A DNA stretch of 64,000 nucleotides from Endomicrobiales bacterium (GTDB lineage Bacteria > Elusimicrobiota > Endomicrobiia > Endomicrobiales > CAWCFT01). Position 1 is the first letter of the stretch. Every line of letters begins with the position of its first letter. This document shows positions 1-10,176 of the stretch, piece after piece. The position numbers and the translations under genes are program-made. Below the pieces are notes generated by a model that saw nothing but the letters and a program-made list of their open reading frames with translations, was not told where the DNA came from and searched no databases. The DNA is taken from positions 96,001-160,000 of the forward strand of contig CAWCFT010000002.1 in NCBI GenBank assembly GCA_963794945.1. The letters run 5' to 3'.

Positions 1-10
1 GCGGGCGGTA

Positions 11-640
11 ATGCACTTTCCGCTGGCCGGATATTTGTCTTTCGCCGTCTGGTTCGTTGTGTATAAGCTTTCGTATAACGTTTTCAGCGACAGCTTCATA
101 CCTGTTTGCCTGGCCATGGTTGCCGTCTATTATTTTTTCAACATATTCCATTTTGACGGGTTCCTCGACAGCGTTGACGGGCTTCTGTCCCAGAAACCTA
201 AGGAAGAGGTCTTAAGGATAATGAAGCTGGGCAACATCGGCCCGACGGCCCTTTTCGCGGGCGCGATATACCTGATCCTGAAAGTATATTTGGCCGTAAA
301 ACTAAATATCTACGTTCTTTTGCCCGTCTTTGTGATATCACGGTGGGGCATGTCTTTTGCGGCTTGTATTTCCAGGCCCGCGAACGAGACCGGGCTCGGC
401 AGCACCATCACTTACGGCAAACCCCTGTACCTGGCCATGGCAACGGTTTACCTCGTTTTCTTTATTTTCGTTCACAAGGTTCAGATCATAGGCGCCATGA
501 TAGCTGGGGTGATAGTGCTTGACCTCATACTCGTAAAAGCCATCGAACGCAGGATCGGCGGTCTTACAGGTGACAATTTTGGGCTTATTAACGAGTTAAA
601 TGAGCTGCTGCTGATGCTTACGGCTTTCGCACTGAGCTAG
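11..640 (+). CDS. cobS: Adenosylcobinamide-GDP ribazoletransferase (cobalamin synthase), possibly 5'-truncated by window edge
   Basis: HFDGFLDSVDG and RRIGGLTGD motifs, hydrophobic helices, cob operon context. Confidence 0.88.
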   Translation: MHFPLAGYLSFAVWFVVYKLSYNVFSDSFIPVCLAMVAVYYFFNIFHFDGFLDSVDGLLSQKPKEEVLRIMKLGNIGPTALFAGAIYLILKVYLAVKLNIYVLLPVFVISRWGMSFAACISRPANETGLGSTITYGKPLYLAMATVYLVFFIFVHKVQIIGAMIAGVIVLDLILVKAIERRIGGLTGDNFGLINELNELLLMLTAFALS

Positions 641-650
641 AGAGGGAAAA

Positions 651-1166
651 ATGATCATAGTAAACACTGGTAACGGAAAGGGAAAAACTACTGCCGCGAT
701 CGGCCAGATCATCAGGTCGCTTGGCAGGGGATGGAAGGTTTGCCTAATCCAGCTATTCAAAGGCAAAGAGTTCTATGGCGAGCAGAAGGTATTGAAAAAA
801 CTAAAGAACCTGAAATTCTACTCTTTCGCGCCAAAACACCCGGGGTGTTTTAGCGGCATTTCACAGGCATCCCTAAAGTCGGAGTGCGGAAAGGCCCTAA
901 AGAAGTTCAAAGAATCTATCGCACCGGAAAAAGGTTATGATCTGATCGTTCTTGACGAGTTCAACATAGCCGTCAGGGACGGCATAATGGATGTTAAAGC
1001 GCTTCTTGACATATTAAAAGATATTGATTCAAAAACCAACGTGTTGATAACAGGAAGAAGCGCTCACAAGAGCCTGCTTAAAGTCGCGGACCTTATCACT
1101 GAAATGAAGGAAGTCAGGCACCCTTTCAATAAGGGTATTTTGGCAAAAAAGGGCCTTGAATTTTGA
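651..1166 (+). CDS. cobO: Cob(I)yrinic acid a,c-diamide adenosyltransferase (CobO/BtuR)
   Basis: TGNGKGKTTAA P-loop, VLDE, ITGR, ADLITEM..HPF motifs. Confidence 0.93.
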   Translation: MIIVNTGNGKGKTTAAIGQIIRSLGRGWKVCLIQLFKGKEFYGEQKVLKKLKNLKFYSFAPKHPGCFSGISQASLKSECGKALKKFKESIAPEKGYDLIVLDEFNIAVRDGIMDVKALLDILKDIDSKTNVLITGRSAHKSLLKVADLITEMKEVRHPFNKGILAKKGLEF

Positions 1167-2014
1167 AGATATCGGCATTCACCGCAGGCATATTATTGTT
1201 GTTTTCCGTGATTTCAGCGCCTGAGGTTCAGGCAGATGGGCCAAGGCGTATCATTTCGCTTATTCCTTTGGTCACAAGAAGCCTCTATTTGCTGGGTTTA
1301 AAGGATGAGATAGTTGCCGTAACTATCTATTGCCCTGCTGAAGCCAGGGACAAGATAAAGATAGGCAGCATCCTTGAGCCGAACATTGAAAAGATAGTAT
1401 CCCTCAAACCCGATATAGTGATAGCCTCAAAAGAGGGCAACAGGCAGGTTACTGTTGATAAACTTAGATCCCTCGGCATTAGCGTATATGTAACAGGTGA
1501 CGTGAACAGCTTTGAGGATATCTATAGTGATTTTATAAAACTTGCGGAGTTCCTAAGGCGTGGTGACAAGGCGCGCGGCATTGTAGATGACTCCAAAAGA
1601 AGGATATCTGCGCTCAGGAACAAACTTAAAGATGTCAAACCGGTGAAAATATTTTATGAAGTAGGGGCTCAACCGCTGTTCACTGCCGGAAAGAAAAGTT
1701 TCGCGAACGATATAATAGAATCAGCCGGAGCAGTAAATATATTTTCGGATGTCGGTTCGCGTTTCCCGCAGGTAAGCCGCGAAGAAGTCATCAGGCGCGA
1801 CCCCGAAGCTATTATCCTTGTGGCCATGGGCAACGTCAACTTAAAAGAAAAGGCCGCCTGGAACAATTTTAAGGCCATTCAAGCCGTAAAGAACAACAGG
1901 GTCTATTTTACTGACGACAATTCGTTTACCGACCCGACACCCAAGTCCACAGTAGACGCTTCAGAGAAGCTGGCCGAAATACTTTTTCCTGACGAAACCA
2001 AATTAACTCCATGA
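1163..2014 (+). CDS. btuF: Cobalamin ABC transporter substrate-binding protein
   Basis: Signal peptide, RIISL..P, PNIEKIVSLKPDIV helical-backbone receptor motifs. Confidence 0.85.
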   Translation: MKISAFTAGILLLFSVISAPEVQADGPRRIISLIPLVTRSLYLLGLKDEIVAVTIYCPAEARDKIKIGSILEPNIEKIVSLKPDIVIASKEGNRQVTVDKLRSLGISVYVTGDVNSFEDIYSDFIKLAEFLRRGDKARGIVDDSKRRISALRNKLKDVKPVKIFYEVGAQPLFTAGKKSFANDIIESAGAVNIFSDVGSRFPQVSREEVIRRDPEAIILVAMGNVNLKEKAAWNNFKAIQAVKNNRVYFTDDNSFTDPTPKSTVDASEKLAEILFPDETKLTP

Positions 2015-3010
2015 AAAATAAATACGCGGTTTTATTGATCCTGTTTGTGATACTGATCCTCACATCGCTGTTCTCGCTTTCGGTGGGCGGAAGCAATATA
2101 CAACTTTCAGAAATTGTCCGAACATTATTCTCAAAAGGCTCTTCGGACACGATGTCTATGATAATCTGGAATATACGCCTGCCGCGTGTGGTACTGGGAG
2201 TTTTCACAGGCATGGGCCTTGCGGCTGTGGGATGTGTTTTCCAGGGGCTCTTAAGGAATCCGCTTGCCGACCCCTACACGCTCGGAATTTCCGGCGGCGC
2301 TGGCGTTTGGAGCCACGCTTGCCACTGTAACGGGCATCGCCGGTGTATCGGTATTCTCGCTCCCTCTTTGCGCGTTCCTCGGGTCGCTTGCTTGCTTTTA
2401 TGCCGTGTACTTCATTGCTTCACGGAAGAATTTCTCGGTTACTTCGCTTATACTCACCGGCATAATATTCGGCTTCATATTCTCATCTGCAGTTTTGCTA
2501 ATACTGGCGCTGGCGAGCCCCGATAAGGTCCAGTCGTCGCTCATCTGGCTCACGGGTGACCTCTCCTCTCCGGATGTCCACCTTATTTTCATCGTATCAG
2601 CTATCGTGCTTTGCGGCATAACGGTACTGTTTGTATTCTCCAGGGAACTTAACATTCTGGTTCTTGGCGAGGAAAAAGCGTTCACTCTCGGCGTCAATAC
2701 CGAAACCACCAAAAAGATAGTATTCATAACCGCCTCACTTATTACCGGAGCCTGCGTGTCGGCTTGCGGCATAATTGGTTTTGTCGGGCTCGTTATACCT
2801 CACCTGATGAGAAAGCTCACCGGGCCCGACCACAGGTTCCTGCTGCCGGCGTCGGCGCTGGCGGGAGGGATATTCCTGCCTTTGTGCGACTCGTTCGCGA
2901 GGTCTATAATAGCGCCAATGGAGCTGCCGGTCGGCGTCATAACCGGGCTTGCCGGAGGGGTATTCTTTCTATTCTTCCTGTTAAAGCCCGGCGATAACAG
3001 GACTTTTTAA
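2011..3010 (+). CDS. btuC: Cobalamin/iron ABC transporter permease (FecCD family), frameshift near 2300
   Basis: IRLPR and QGLLRNPLADPYTLGIS in ORF 2011..2526; GIIGFVGLVIPH and ELPVG in ORF 2264..3010. Confidence 0.85.
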
Positions 3011-3012
3011 CT

Positions 3013-3816
3013 ATGCTCGAACTTCGTTCAGTGTCTTCAGGATATTCTTCACAACCCGTCATCTCTGACATATCGTTCAAGGTGGAGAGCGGCTCGTTCT
3101 GGGGAATAATAGGGCCCAACGGCGCCGGCAAGACCACGCTTTTCCGCACCGTCAGCCGCATAATCAGCCCGCTTTCGGGGCAGATATTCTATGACGGCGA
3201 GAATGTCGCCCATATCCAGAGGCAAGAGCTCGCGAAGAACGTCACCACCATGCTGCAGTTGTACGATATACCGTTCTCGTACACCGTAGAAGAGTTCGTC
3301 ATGATGGGCAGGTTCCCCCACCAGAAACGTTTCGAAAAACCTTCAGCGACCGATCTCGAAATAATCGAACAAAACCTCAAGTTCACGGACATACTGCACC
3401 TAAAAGACCGCAGACTGCAGGAATTGTCCGGCGGCGAGAGGCAAAGGGCGGTGCTGGCGCAGGCGCTCGCGCAAAAGCCAAAGCTCCTGCTGATGGACGA
3501 ACCGACGGCGTACCTTGATATCGGCCACCAGATAGCCATGCTCGACCTTGTAAAGAAACTTAACAGGACGGAAGGCCTCACCGTAGTCATGATACTTCAC
3601 GACTTGAACCTCGCCAGCGAATACTGCGAGAACCTCGTGCTCATGGACAAAGGAAAGATACATAAAATAGGCGCGCCTAAAGAAGTCCTTACGTATGAGA
3701 ACATTGAGCAGGTCTACAAGACCGTTGTAGTCGTAAAAGAGAACCCATTCTCCCATAAGCCTTACGTAATAGCGGTTTCGGAAGACTACCTGCATGACAG
3801 GATAAATATTTCATGA
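3013..3816 (+). CDS. btuD: Cobalamin ABC transporter ATP-binding protein
   Basis: [30 protein letters not shown] motifs. Confidence 0.88.
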   Translation: MLELRSVSSGYSSQPVISDISFKVESGSFWGIIGPNGAGKTTLFRTVSRIISPLSGQIFYDGENVAHIQRQELAKNVTTMLQLYDIPFSYTVEEFVMMGRFPHQKRFEKPSATDLEIIEQNLKFTDILHLKDRRLQELSGGERQRAVLAQALAQKPKLLLMDEPTAYLDIGHQIAMLDLVKKLNRTEGLTVVMILHDLNLASEYCENLVLMDKGKIHKIGAPKEVLTYENIEQVYKTVVVVKENPFSHKPYVIAVSEDYLHDRINIS

Positions 3817-5333
3817 GCATAGCCAAAACAATAATGATACAGGGGACAGGCTCAGGGGTCGGTAAAAGCGTTTTAACCTCAGCCCTGTGCCGGATATTCG
3901 TACAGGACGGTTATAAAGTAGCTCCATATAAAGCGCAGAACATGGCGCTCAACTCTTTCGTGACGGCTTCCGGCGGCGAGATTCGGCCGCGCTCAGGCCG
4001 TTCAGGCCCAGGCTTCTAGGATCATCCCTACAGTTGATATGAACCCGGTACTTATTAAACCGTCTTCTGATATGATGGCCCAGATAATCGTGCTTGGAAA
4101 ACCCATAGGTAACAGGTCAGCCATGGGTTATATGAACAATACCGGAAAACTTTTCGGAACTGTAAAGACCTCTCTTGATAAGCTGCGGCATGAATACGAC
4201 GTTGTTGTCATGGAAGGCGCTGGGAGCCCTGCTGAGGTAAACTTAAGGAAAAACGACATAGTTAATATGCGGATAGCTTTGGCGTCCCATACACCTGTGA
4301 TACTCGTGGGCGACATAGACAAAGGGGGCGTACTAGCTTCCATCGTAGGCACACTTTCCTTGCTCAATAAGCACGAGCGAAAACTCGTCAAGGGAGTGAT
4401 AATTAATAAATTCCGCGGCGACCTGAGATTGTTCGAAGACGGTGTGCATTTCATCGAGGAACGTACCGGCATAAAGGTGCTTGGTGTTATCCCGTATTAC
4501 AGGAACATAGATATCCCTGAAGAAGACGCCATCCCCTGGGAGAAAAGGGCCGCGGCCTCTAAAAACATACGTCCTATAAATATCTCCGTCATCAGCCTTC
4601 CACACTTATCTAATTTTACCGATTTCGACGCGCTTGAGCGCGAGCCGGATGTGAAGCTGTCATACGTAAGAAAACCGGATGAACTGGGTAACGCGGACGC
4701 TGTCATACTGCCGGGCACAAAGAACACAATTTCAGATGCGGCGTGGCTCAAGAGTTCGGGAATGTCAGACAGGATACTTTTATACGCCTCCAAAAACAAA
4801 GGAACTGTCGTCGGGATTTGCGGCGGTACCAGATGCTGGGAGAAAATATTTATGACCCCGGGCATATTGAATCAAAGAAGGGCGCGGCACCGGGGCTTTC
4901 ACTGCTTCCCGTAAACACCGAACTGAAAGCGCAGAAACAATTGAGGCAGGTTTCGGGCCATGATATATCCAGCGGTGCAGCGGTTAAGGGTTACGAGATA
5001 CACCACGGTCATACCGCCGTTGGAAAAGCATGCAAACCGGCTTTTAAAATAGACGGCACTAATACTATGGATGGAGCTGTCAGCCGTGACGGGCGGGTTT
5101 GGGGAACATACGTGCACGGCATATTCGACAGCTCTTCTTTTCGAAGGAATTTCCTTAACGGATTGCGCAAAAGAAAAGGGCTTAAACCTCTCCCCGCGTC
5201 TAAGTATAACAACGATACCGAGTTCGACAAGCTCGCTGACTTAGTAAGGAACAATATAGATATAAAAGCAGTTTACAAGATACTAAACGGCACAAAAACT
5301 ACCGGTAAATCCCGGGAACCGCAATTGGTATGA
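3813..5333 (+). CDS. cobQ: Cobyric acid synthase, split by two frameshifts (near 3985 and 4825)
   Basis: [63 protein letters not shown] spread over three consecutive ORFs. Confidence 0.92.
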
Positions 5334-5337
5334 GAAC

Positions 5338-5442
5338 CGAGACGAAAAAGGTCAAAACTTTTGCTACCAAAAAGTCGAGGGCATACTTTTTAGTATGTTC
5401 TCAACCTTTTTGGACGCAAAAGTGAAGACATTTTTTTGTCGA
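5338..5442. repeat. Long imperfect hairpin, MITE-like
   Basis: Arms gacgaaaaaggtc-acttttgc-ccaaaaagtc-gagggcatact and agtatgttctc-ctttttgg-gcaaaagt-gacatttttttgtcg are mutually complementary. Confidence 0.6.
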
Positions 5443-5451
5443 ATTCCATAA

Positions 5452-5605
5452 CAATCGCGGCTTCCCGGGATATAGGAAACCCGTTAGAATCGGGTGCAGC
5501 CCCGCTACTGTAAAGCGCCTCTAATCGCCGTAAACCACTGCCCGCCTGAGGCGGATGGGAAGGTTTACAGCAGCTCAAAGCGCTTAAGCCAGGAGACTGA
5601 CCGGT
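5452..5605 (+). ncRNA. Cobalamin riboswitch
   Basis: ataggaaacccg..gaatcggg, gccccgctactgtaa, ccactg..gggaagg and B12-box aagccaggagactgaccg in canonical order, upstream of btuB. Confidence 0.93.
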
Positions 5606-5737
5606 AAGAACATCTCGAGGGAGGCACGCATGATAGTGAACGGCATGTAGTGATCATATCTGCGCACGGCAAAATATGTTCGATTTATTTTACAAAGGCA
5701 ATACCTTGCGGAAGCAGCATTAAATCAAGGAGAAATA

Positions 5738-7651
5738 ATGAAACAATATATTTGCATTCTAACCTCGTTTATATTTATCTGTTTAAATGCCGCTTTAGTT
5801 GCGGCTGACAGCAACAACGACGTTTTTCTTAACCTCACCAAAAGATGCGAGAACATAAAAGACCTTCCGACCGATGTTTCTGTTATAGACTCGCCGCAGA
5901 TAACCCGCAGCGGTTCAAAGACGGTCGGCGAGATACTGGACAACGAGCTTGGCTTCTCAATAGGAGCCTACGGGTCTTTCGGCGCAGAAAATACGGCAAG
6001 CATCCGCGGTTCAACATCCGAGCAGGTCCTCGTGCTTATAGACGGCGTCAGCGTGAACGGCATAGCCAGCGGCGAGGCCGAGCTCAACGAAATACCGCTC
6101 GATAACGTCGAACGGATAGAGATAATACGCGGCGGCGTGTCCGCGATTTACGGCACAAGCGCTGTAGGCGGCGTGATAAACATCATCACGAAGAAGTATT
6201 CCGCTTCCGCGCCCATACTGGATTTCAAGGCCTCTGCGGGAAGCTACAACACTGATGATTTCTCGATAGGCTTAAACGCCAAAAATGACATAACGTCGGC
6301 TGTGGTAACGGCCTCAAAACAGCTTAGCAACGGTTACCGCGACAATTCCGATTACGACGCGCATAATCTTTCAGCCAGGTTCGGCTTTGACCTCGGCAAT
6401 AAAGGCAAGCTTGACCTCTCAGGTTCCGCATTTACGAATGACCAGGGAGTTCCGGGCCAGGCTGTAGACTCAAAAGGCAATTATCTGAACACCGGCGAGT
6501 ATAATGGATCCCTTGAACTCAAAGGCCTGACGCCTAACGGAAGGCAGACAGACGCCTCTAACCTTGGGCGGCTCGAATACAGCAACAACGCTGGCCCGGG
6601 GAATATAGTTGCCACGGTGTATTCAACAGTCGACACAGTTAAATATTCCGAACCCATCTCCGCGACTGACGCGCGGTATGATTCCCTTGTGTTCGGCGGC
6701 GAGGTCAAATACCTTTTTGACTCGGGGCTTACCTGTGGAGCCGAATGGTCTGAACAAAAATACAAGCAAACCGACCTCATCGCTGACGCGACGCAAATGG
6801 ACCGTTCAAGGGTCAATTCATCTGCATATGTGTTCTATAAACTGTGTCTAAACAAATTGATAGTCACTCCGAGCGTAAGGTTCGACAACAACTCATCTTT
6901 CGGCAGTGTTTTTACGCCTAATATCTCTGCTGTTTATAAACTAGACGACGCGCTAAAGCTGTCGCTCAACGCGGGGCAGTCATGGAGAGCGCCAACGTTC
7001 AACGAACTATACTGGCCCACCGAGACCAATGTCTATCCCGGATACGGCACCTATGTGACTGCCGGCAACAGCTCCCTTAAACCGGAGAAAGGAACGACGG
7101 CGGATATCGGTGTTGAATACGACAAAGACAAATATGCCGCGTCTTTCACTGTTTTTGACTCCCGCATAAACGACATGATACTGTGGCAAAACACATACAA
7201 CCCGGCGACTAACACCTACTATTATATGACCAACAACATACTTAATACCGAAAAGTTCGGCGTGGAGGCTAAACTTAAGCATAAGATAAACGCTTACTTC
7301 TCCCATGAACTTTCTTATTACTACCTCTGGGCGAAGGACACCGACCTAGACATCCTCCTTGACTACATGCCCAGGAATTCAGCTTCTTATGCCGTAAAAT
7401 ACGTTTCAGTATCGGGTTTCAGGGCAAGCGTGGGTTTTGATTACATAAGCTCGCAGTTGACCGGCGACCTCAATACGGCTGAATTACCAGAATACCTTCT
7501 TTTAAACCTTAAGGCCTCAAAGAAGATAAAGGACACGGAACTCTGGGCAAAAGTGGACAACGCCGCGGACAAAAAGTACCAGACAAGGCTCGGCTATCCA
7601 CTGCCCGGAATAATGTGTTATGCCGGCGTTACGGTTAAGTTTTGGGACTAA
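5738..7651 (+). CDS. btuB: TonB-dependent cobalamin receptor
   Basis: Signal peptide, plug motifs SIRGS..VLVLIDGV and VERIEIIRGG.SAIYG..AVGGVINIITKK, C-terminal barrel strand; follows B12 riboswitch. Confidence 0.88.
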   Translation: MKQYICILTSFIFICLNAALVAADSNNDVFLNLTKRCENIKDLPTDVSVIDSPQITRSGSKTVGEILDNELGFSIGAYGSFGAENTASIRGSTSEQVLVLIDGVSVNGIASGEAELNEIPLDNVERIEIIRGGVSAIYGTSAVGGVINIITKKYSASAPILDFKASAGSYNTDDFSIGLNAKNDITSAVVTASKQLSNGYRDNSDYDAHNLSARFGFDLGNKGKLDLSGSAFTNDQGVPGQAVDSKGNYLNTGEYNGSLELKGLTPNGRQTDASNLGRLEYSNNAGPGNIVATVYSTVDTVKYSEPISATDARYDSLVFGGEVKYLFDSGLTCGAEWSEQKYKQTDLIADATQMDRSRVNSSAYVFYKLCLNKLIVTPSVRFDNNSSFGSVFTPNISAVYKLDDALKLSLNAGQSWRAPTFNELYWPTETNVYPGYGTYVTAGNSSLKPEKGTTADIGVEYDKDKYAASFTVFDSRINDMILWQNTYNPATNTYYYMTNNILNTEKFGVEAKLKHKINAYFSHELSYYYLWAKDTDLDILLDYMPRNSASYAVKYVSVSGFRASVGFDYISSQLTGDLNTAELPEYLLLNLKASKKIKDTELWAKVDNAADKKYQTRLGYPLPGIMCYAGVTVKFWD

Positions 7652-7746
7652 CATTTCGATTGAAGTACTTGAACATTGATCGAGGTATTTATTTCGTATT
7701 TCGGTATTAGGATTTCGAATTGCATTTAAATCAGGAGGTGATACAA

Positions 7747-7851
7747 GTGAAGAAGATCAAAGCTGTAAAGAAAAGCGTTATAGCGACGCGCAGGAAATGC
7801 GCGGCGAAAGGCACGGGTTTGTCGCACTACGTGCTGTTGGACAAGAAATAG
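7747..7851 (+). CDS. cbpA: 34-aa RiPP precursor peptide MKKIKAVKKSVIATRRKCAAKGTGLSHYVLLDKK (CbpA-like)
   Basis: GTG start with RBS caggaggtg 6 nt upstream; RRKC..KGTGLSHY core; directly upstream of SPASM radical SAM; below the ORF-track size cutoff. Confidence 0.85.
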   Translation: MKKIKAVKKSVIATRRKCAAKGTGLSHYVLLDKK

Positions 7852-7860
7852 AGATCGAAA

Positions 7861-7895
7861 GCGGGGAAAGCTCTTAGATGGAGAGCTTTCCCCGT
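7861..7895 (+). promoter_or_regulatory. Stable intergenic stem-loop between peptide and maturase genes
   Basis: cggggaaagctct / agagctttccccg perfect 13-bp stem, no long U-tract. Confidence 0.7.
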
Positions 7896-7918
7896 ATTCT
7901 TACACCCAAGGATCACAA

Positions 7919-9322
7919 ATGAAAACAACTAAAACAAATATAAAAGGCGCATCATCGAGAGGCATTTATTTTAACACCGGCAACGGGTTCCCGCTCCAAG
8001 TCATAGATATCGGGCACAAAGAATACGCCGGAGTAGTTTCGGCCGACAGTGCTTTCTGGGCGCTGGTAAAAAAAGATGCGCTGGGCCGGATATTTTCAAA
8101 TGCTTCTTTTCTGTCTAAATTCCGCAGGAAGGAAGATGCTTTCAATAAAGAGATAAACGACCTCAGGTTCAACCTGAAGCCTTCTGCTGTGTATTTCAAC
8201 GCCACGGACCGCTGCAACCTCAACTGTTCCTACTGCTACATCCCCGAACGGCTGCGCAAGAGCGGCAGCACGATGTCGTACAAAACACTTTCGAACGCCC
8301 TTAAAAAGCTTGAAGCATTTTTCCGGTCGACCCTCTCTAAGGGCCAAAGGCCCCAGATAGTTTTCCACGGCGCGGAACCGCTTATGGCCCGCGAAGCGAT
8401 ATTTAAGGCTATCGACAACTTCGGTGATTACTTCCGTTTCGGCATACAAACTAACGGCACGCTGCTCGATGAATCCGCCGTAGAATTCCTTACGTCGCGC
8501 GGCATCAGCATCGGCCTTTCACTGGACGGCCCCACGCCGAAAATAGCCGACCGCATGCGCAGGACGTGGGACGGCCGCGGTGTTTCTCAGACTGTGGTGG
8601 ACATCATCAAACGCCTGAAAGGTTACGAGAATTATTCTGTGATATGCACGGTAACTAAAGAGAACATGTGCTCGCTTAATGAGACCGTTGACCTCCTGCA
8701 CAAGCTTGAAGTGCCCACCTGCATGTTAAACCAGGTGCGCTGCACCCTGCCAGGCGGAAAGGAGGCAAAACCTCTTGACCACGAGATGTCCAAATACTAT
8801 CTCGCCGCGCTGGACCGCACCTACGAGCTTTACCGCAAAACCGGCAGGAAGCTGGTAGTGGCGAATTTCGCCAACATCGTGTTAAGCATACTCGCGCCAA
8901 GCTCCCGCAAATTAATGTGCGATATTTCGCCCTGCGGCGGCGGCAGGTGCTTTTTCGCCGTGTCTGCCAACGGAGACGTCTTCCCGTGCAGCGAGTTCAT
9001 CGGCTTAAAGGATTTTCGCGGCGGAAACCTTTTCAAAAATGATATCAAGGCGATACTTAAATCAAAGCCCTTTAACCTCGTCACCGGCCGCAAGGTGGAG
9101 GATATCGACCCCTGCAGCCGCTGCGCGATACGCCATTTCTGCGGTTCACCCTGCCCGGCCGAGGCCCACGAGATGAACGGTTCAATGCAAAAGACCGGCG
9201 CCTTCTGCGAGCTTTACGAAGAACAGGTCCGTTACGCTTTCCGTTTGATCGCCGACGGCAAGGAAGACGCGTTCCTCTGGAAGAACTGGAAAAAAGGCAT
9301 GCCTGTAGCTTTTCAAAGCTGA
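7919..9322 (+). CDS. cbpB: Radical SAM/SPASM peptide maturase (CbpB-like)
   Basis: CNLNCSYC motif, FHGAEPL, QTNGTLL, SLDG; SPASM cysteines CGGGRC..GDVFPC..CSRC..FCGSPCP..FC. Confidence 0.85.
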   Translation: MKTTKTNIKGASSRGIYFNTGNGFPLQVIDIGHKEYAGVVSADSAFWALVKKDALGRIFSNASFLSKFRRKEDAFNKEINDLRFNLKPSAVYFNATDRCNLNCSYCYIPERLRKSGSTMSYKTLSNALKKLEAFFRSTLSKGQRPQIVFHGAEPLMAREAIFKAIDNFGDYFRFGIQTNGTLLDESAVEFLTSRGISIGLSLDGPTPKIADRMRRTWDGRGVSQTVVDIIKRLKGYENYSVICTVTKENMCSLNETVDLLHKLEVPTCMLNQVRCTLPGGKEAKPLDHEMSKYYLAALDRTYELYRKTGRKLVVANFANIVLSILAPSSRKLMCDISPCGGGRCFFAVSANGDVFPCSEFIGLKDFRGGNLFKNDIKAILKSKPFNLVTGRKVEDIDPCSRCAIRHFCGSPCPAEAHEMNGSMQKTGAFCELYEEQVRYAFRLIADGKEDAFLWKNWKKGMPVAFQS

Positions 9323-9342
9323 AGAAAAGTGCGGCACTGTGA

Positions 9343-9972
9343 TTACTGAAGGAATTTGTTGGGGTACTGCTTGACTACGCCTGTGGAGAAGATCTTTGCT
9401 ACTTCGAGGCTCTTGTCGCGGGTCCGCGAGAAAATATTGGCGTTGGGTTTACCGTAGGTCTGGTTCTGTATCTCTATCTCCTGGACGATAAGGTCGGCGT
9501 AGTCCTTCAGGGCGTATGACAAACCGCTGTCCTGCCATACGGGGCTTAAATTATTAAGGAAGTCGGCAATCTCGTCGGATTTATCCATCATTTCGCTTAA
9601 GATGCTTGTTGTATCGCCGTGCTGCCTCTCGAAATCCGCGTAATCCTCGGGCATTTGAAAATACTGCTTTAAAAGCCTGGCTATCTGCCCGCCTATCGTT
9701 TCACCATAGTAGGCCTTGAAGACATCGCCTATATCTTCCGTGCACTCGGCAAGATCTATCATGGCGTCATCCGTGTTATCGTTTCCGGCCAGGGTCTGTG
9801 TGTCAAGGGCCCTCTGCTTGTCCAGGCACTGCGTGAAAAAGCCGGCCATATTAGCCCTGAACTGCACCTCTTTAGCGCTCATATCGGTATTCATTCCGTC
9901 GACAGCCTGCGCAGGCAGGCCCAAAAGGAAAAACAAAGAACAAACTGATAACAGTGCCGAGTATCTTTTCAT
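9343..9972 (-). CDS. Exported hypothetical helical protein
   Basis: 209-aa ORF with signal peptide (AQA cleavage site) and RBS aggag. Confidence 0.7.
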   Translation of the reverse strand: MKRYSALLSVCSLFFLLGLPAQAVDGMNTDMSAKEVQFRANMAGFFTQCLDKQRALDTQTLAGNDNTDDAMIDLAECTEDIGDVFKAYYGETIGGQIARLLKQYFQMPEDYADFERQHGDTTSILSEMMDKSDEIADFLNNLSPVWQDSGLSYALKDYADLIVQEIEIQNQTYGKPNANIFSRTRDKSLEVAKIFSTGVVKQYPNKFLQ

Positions 9973-10176
9973 TTGCGTCTCCTGGTTTTGGGCCTGGTCT
10001 TAACCGCGTTATACGGTTGATTATAGCAAAAATAACGTTCACAAAACACCCGCCTCACGCCAACTTACCGATAGTATCCTCATTATTGACTCGTTAAATG
10101 CAAAGAGTTAAAATTGACTCATCAGCTCGCGGGGCCGGATCTAACGCCCTGAATAACGAATAACGGGGAGGGTAAC

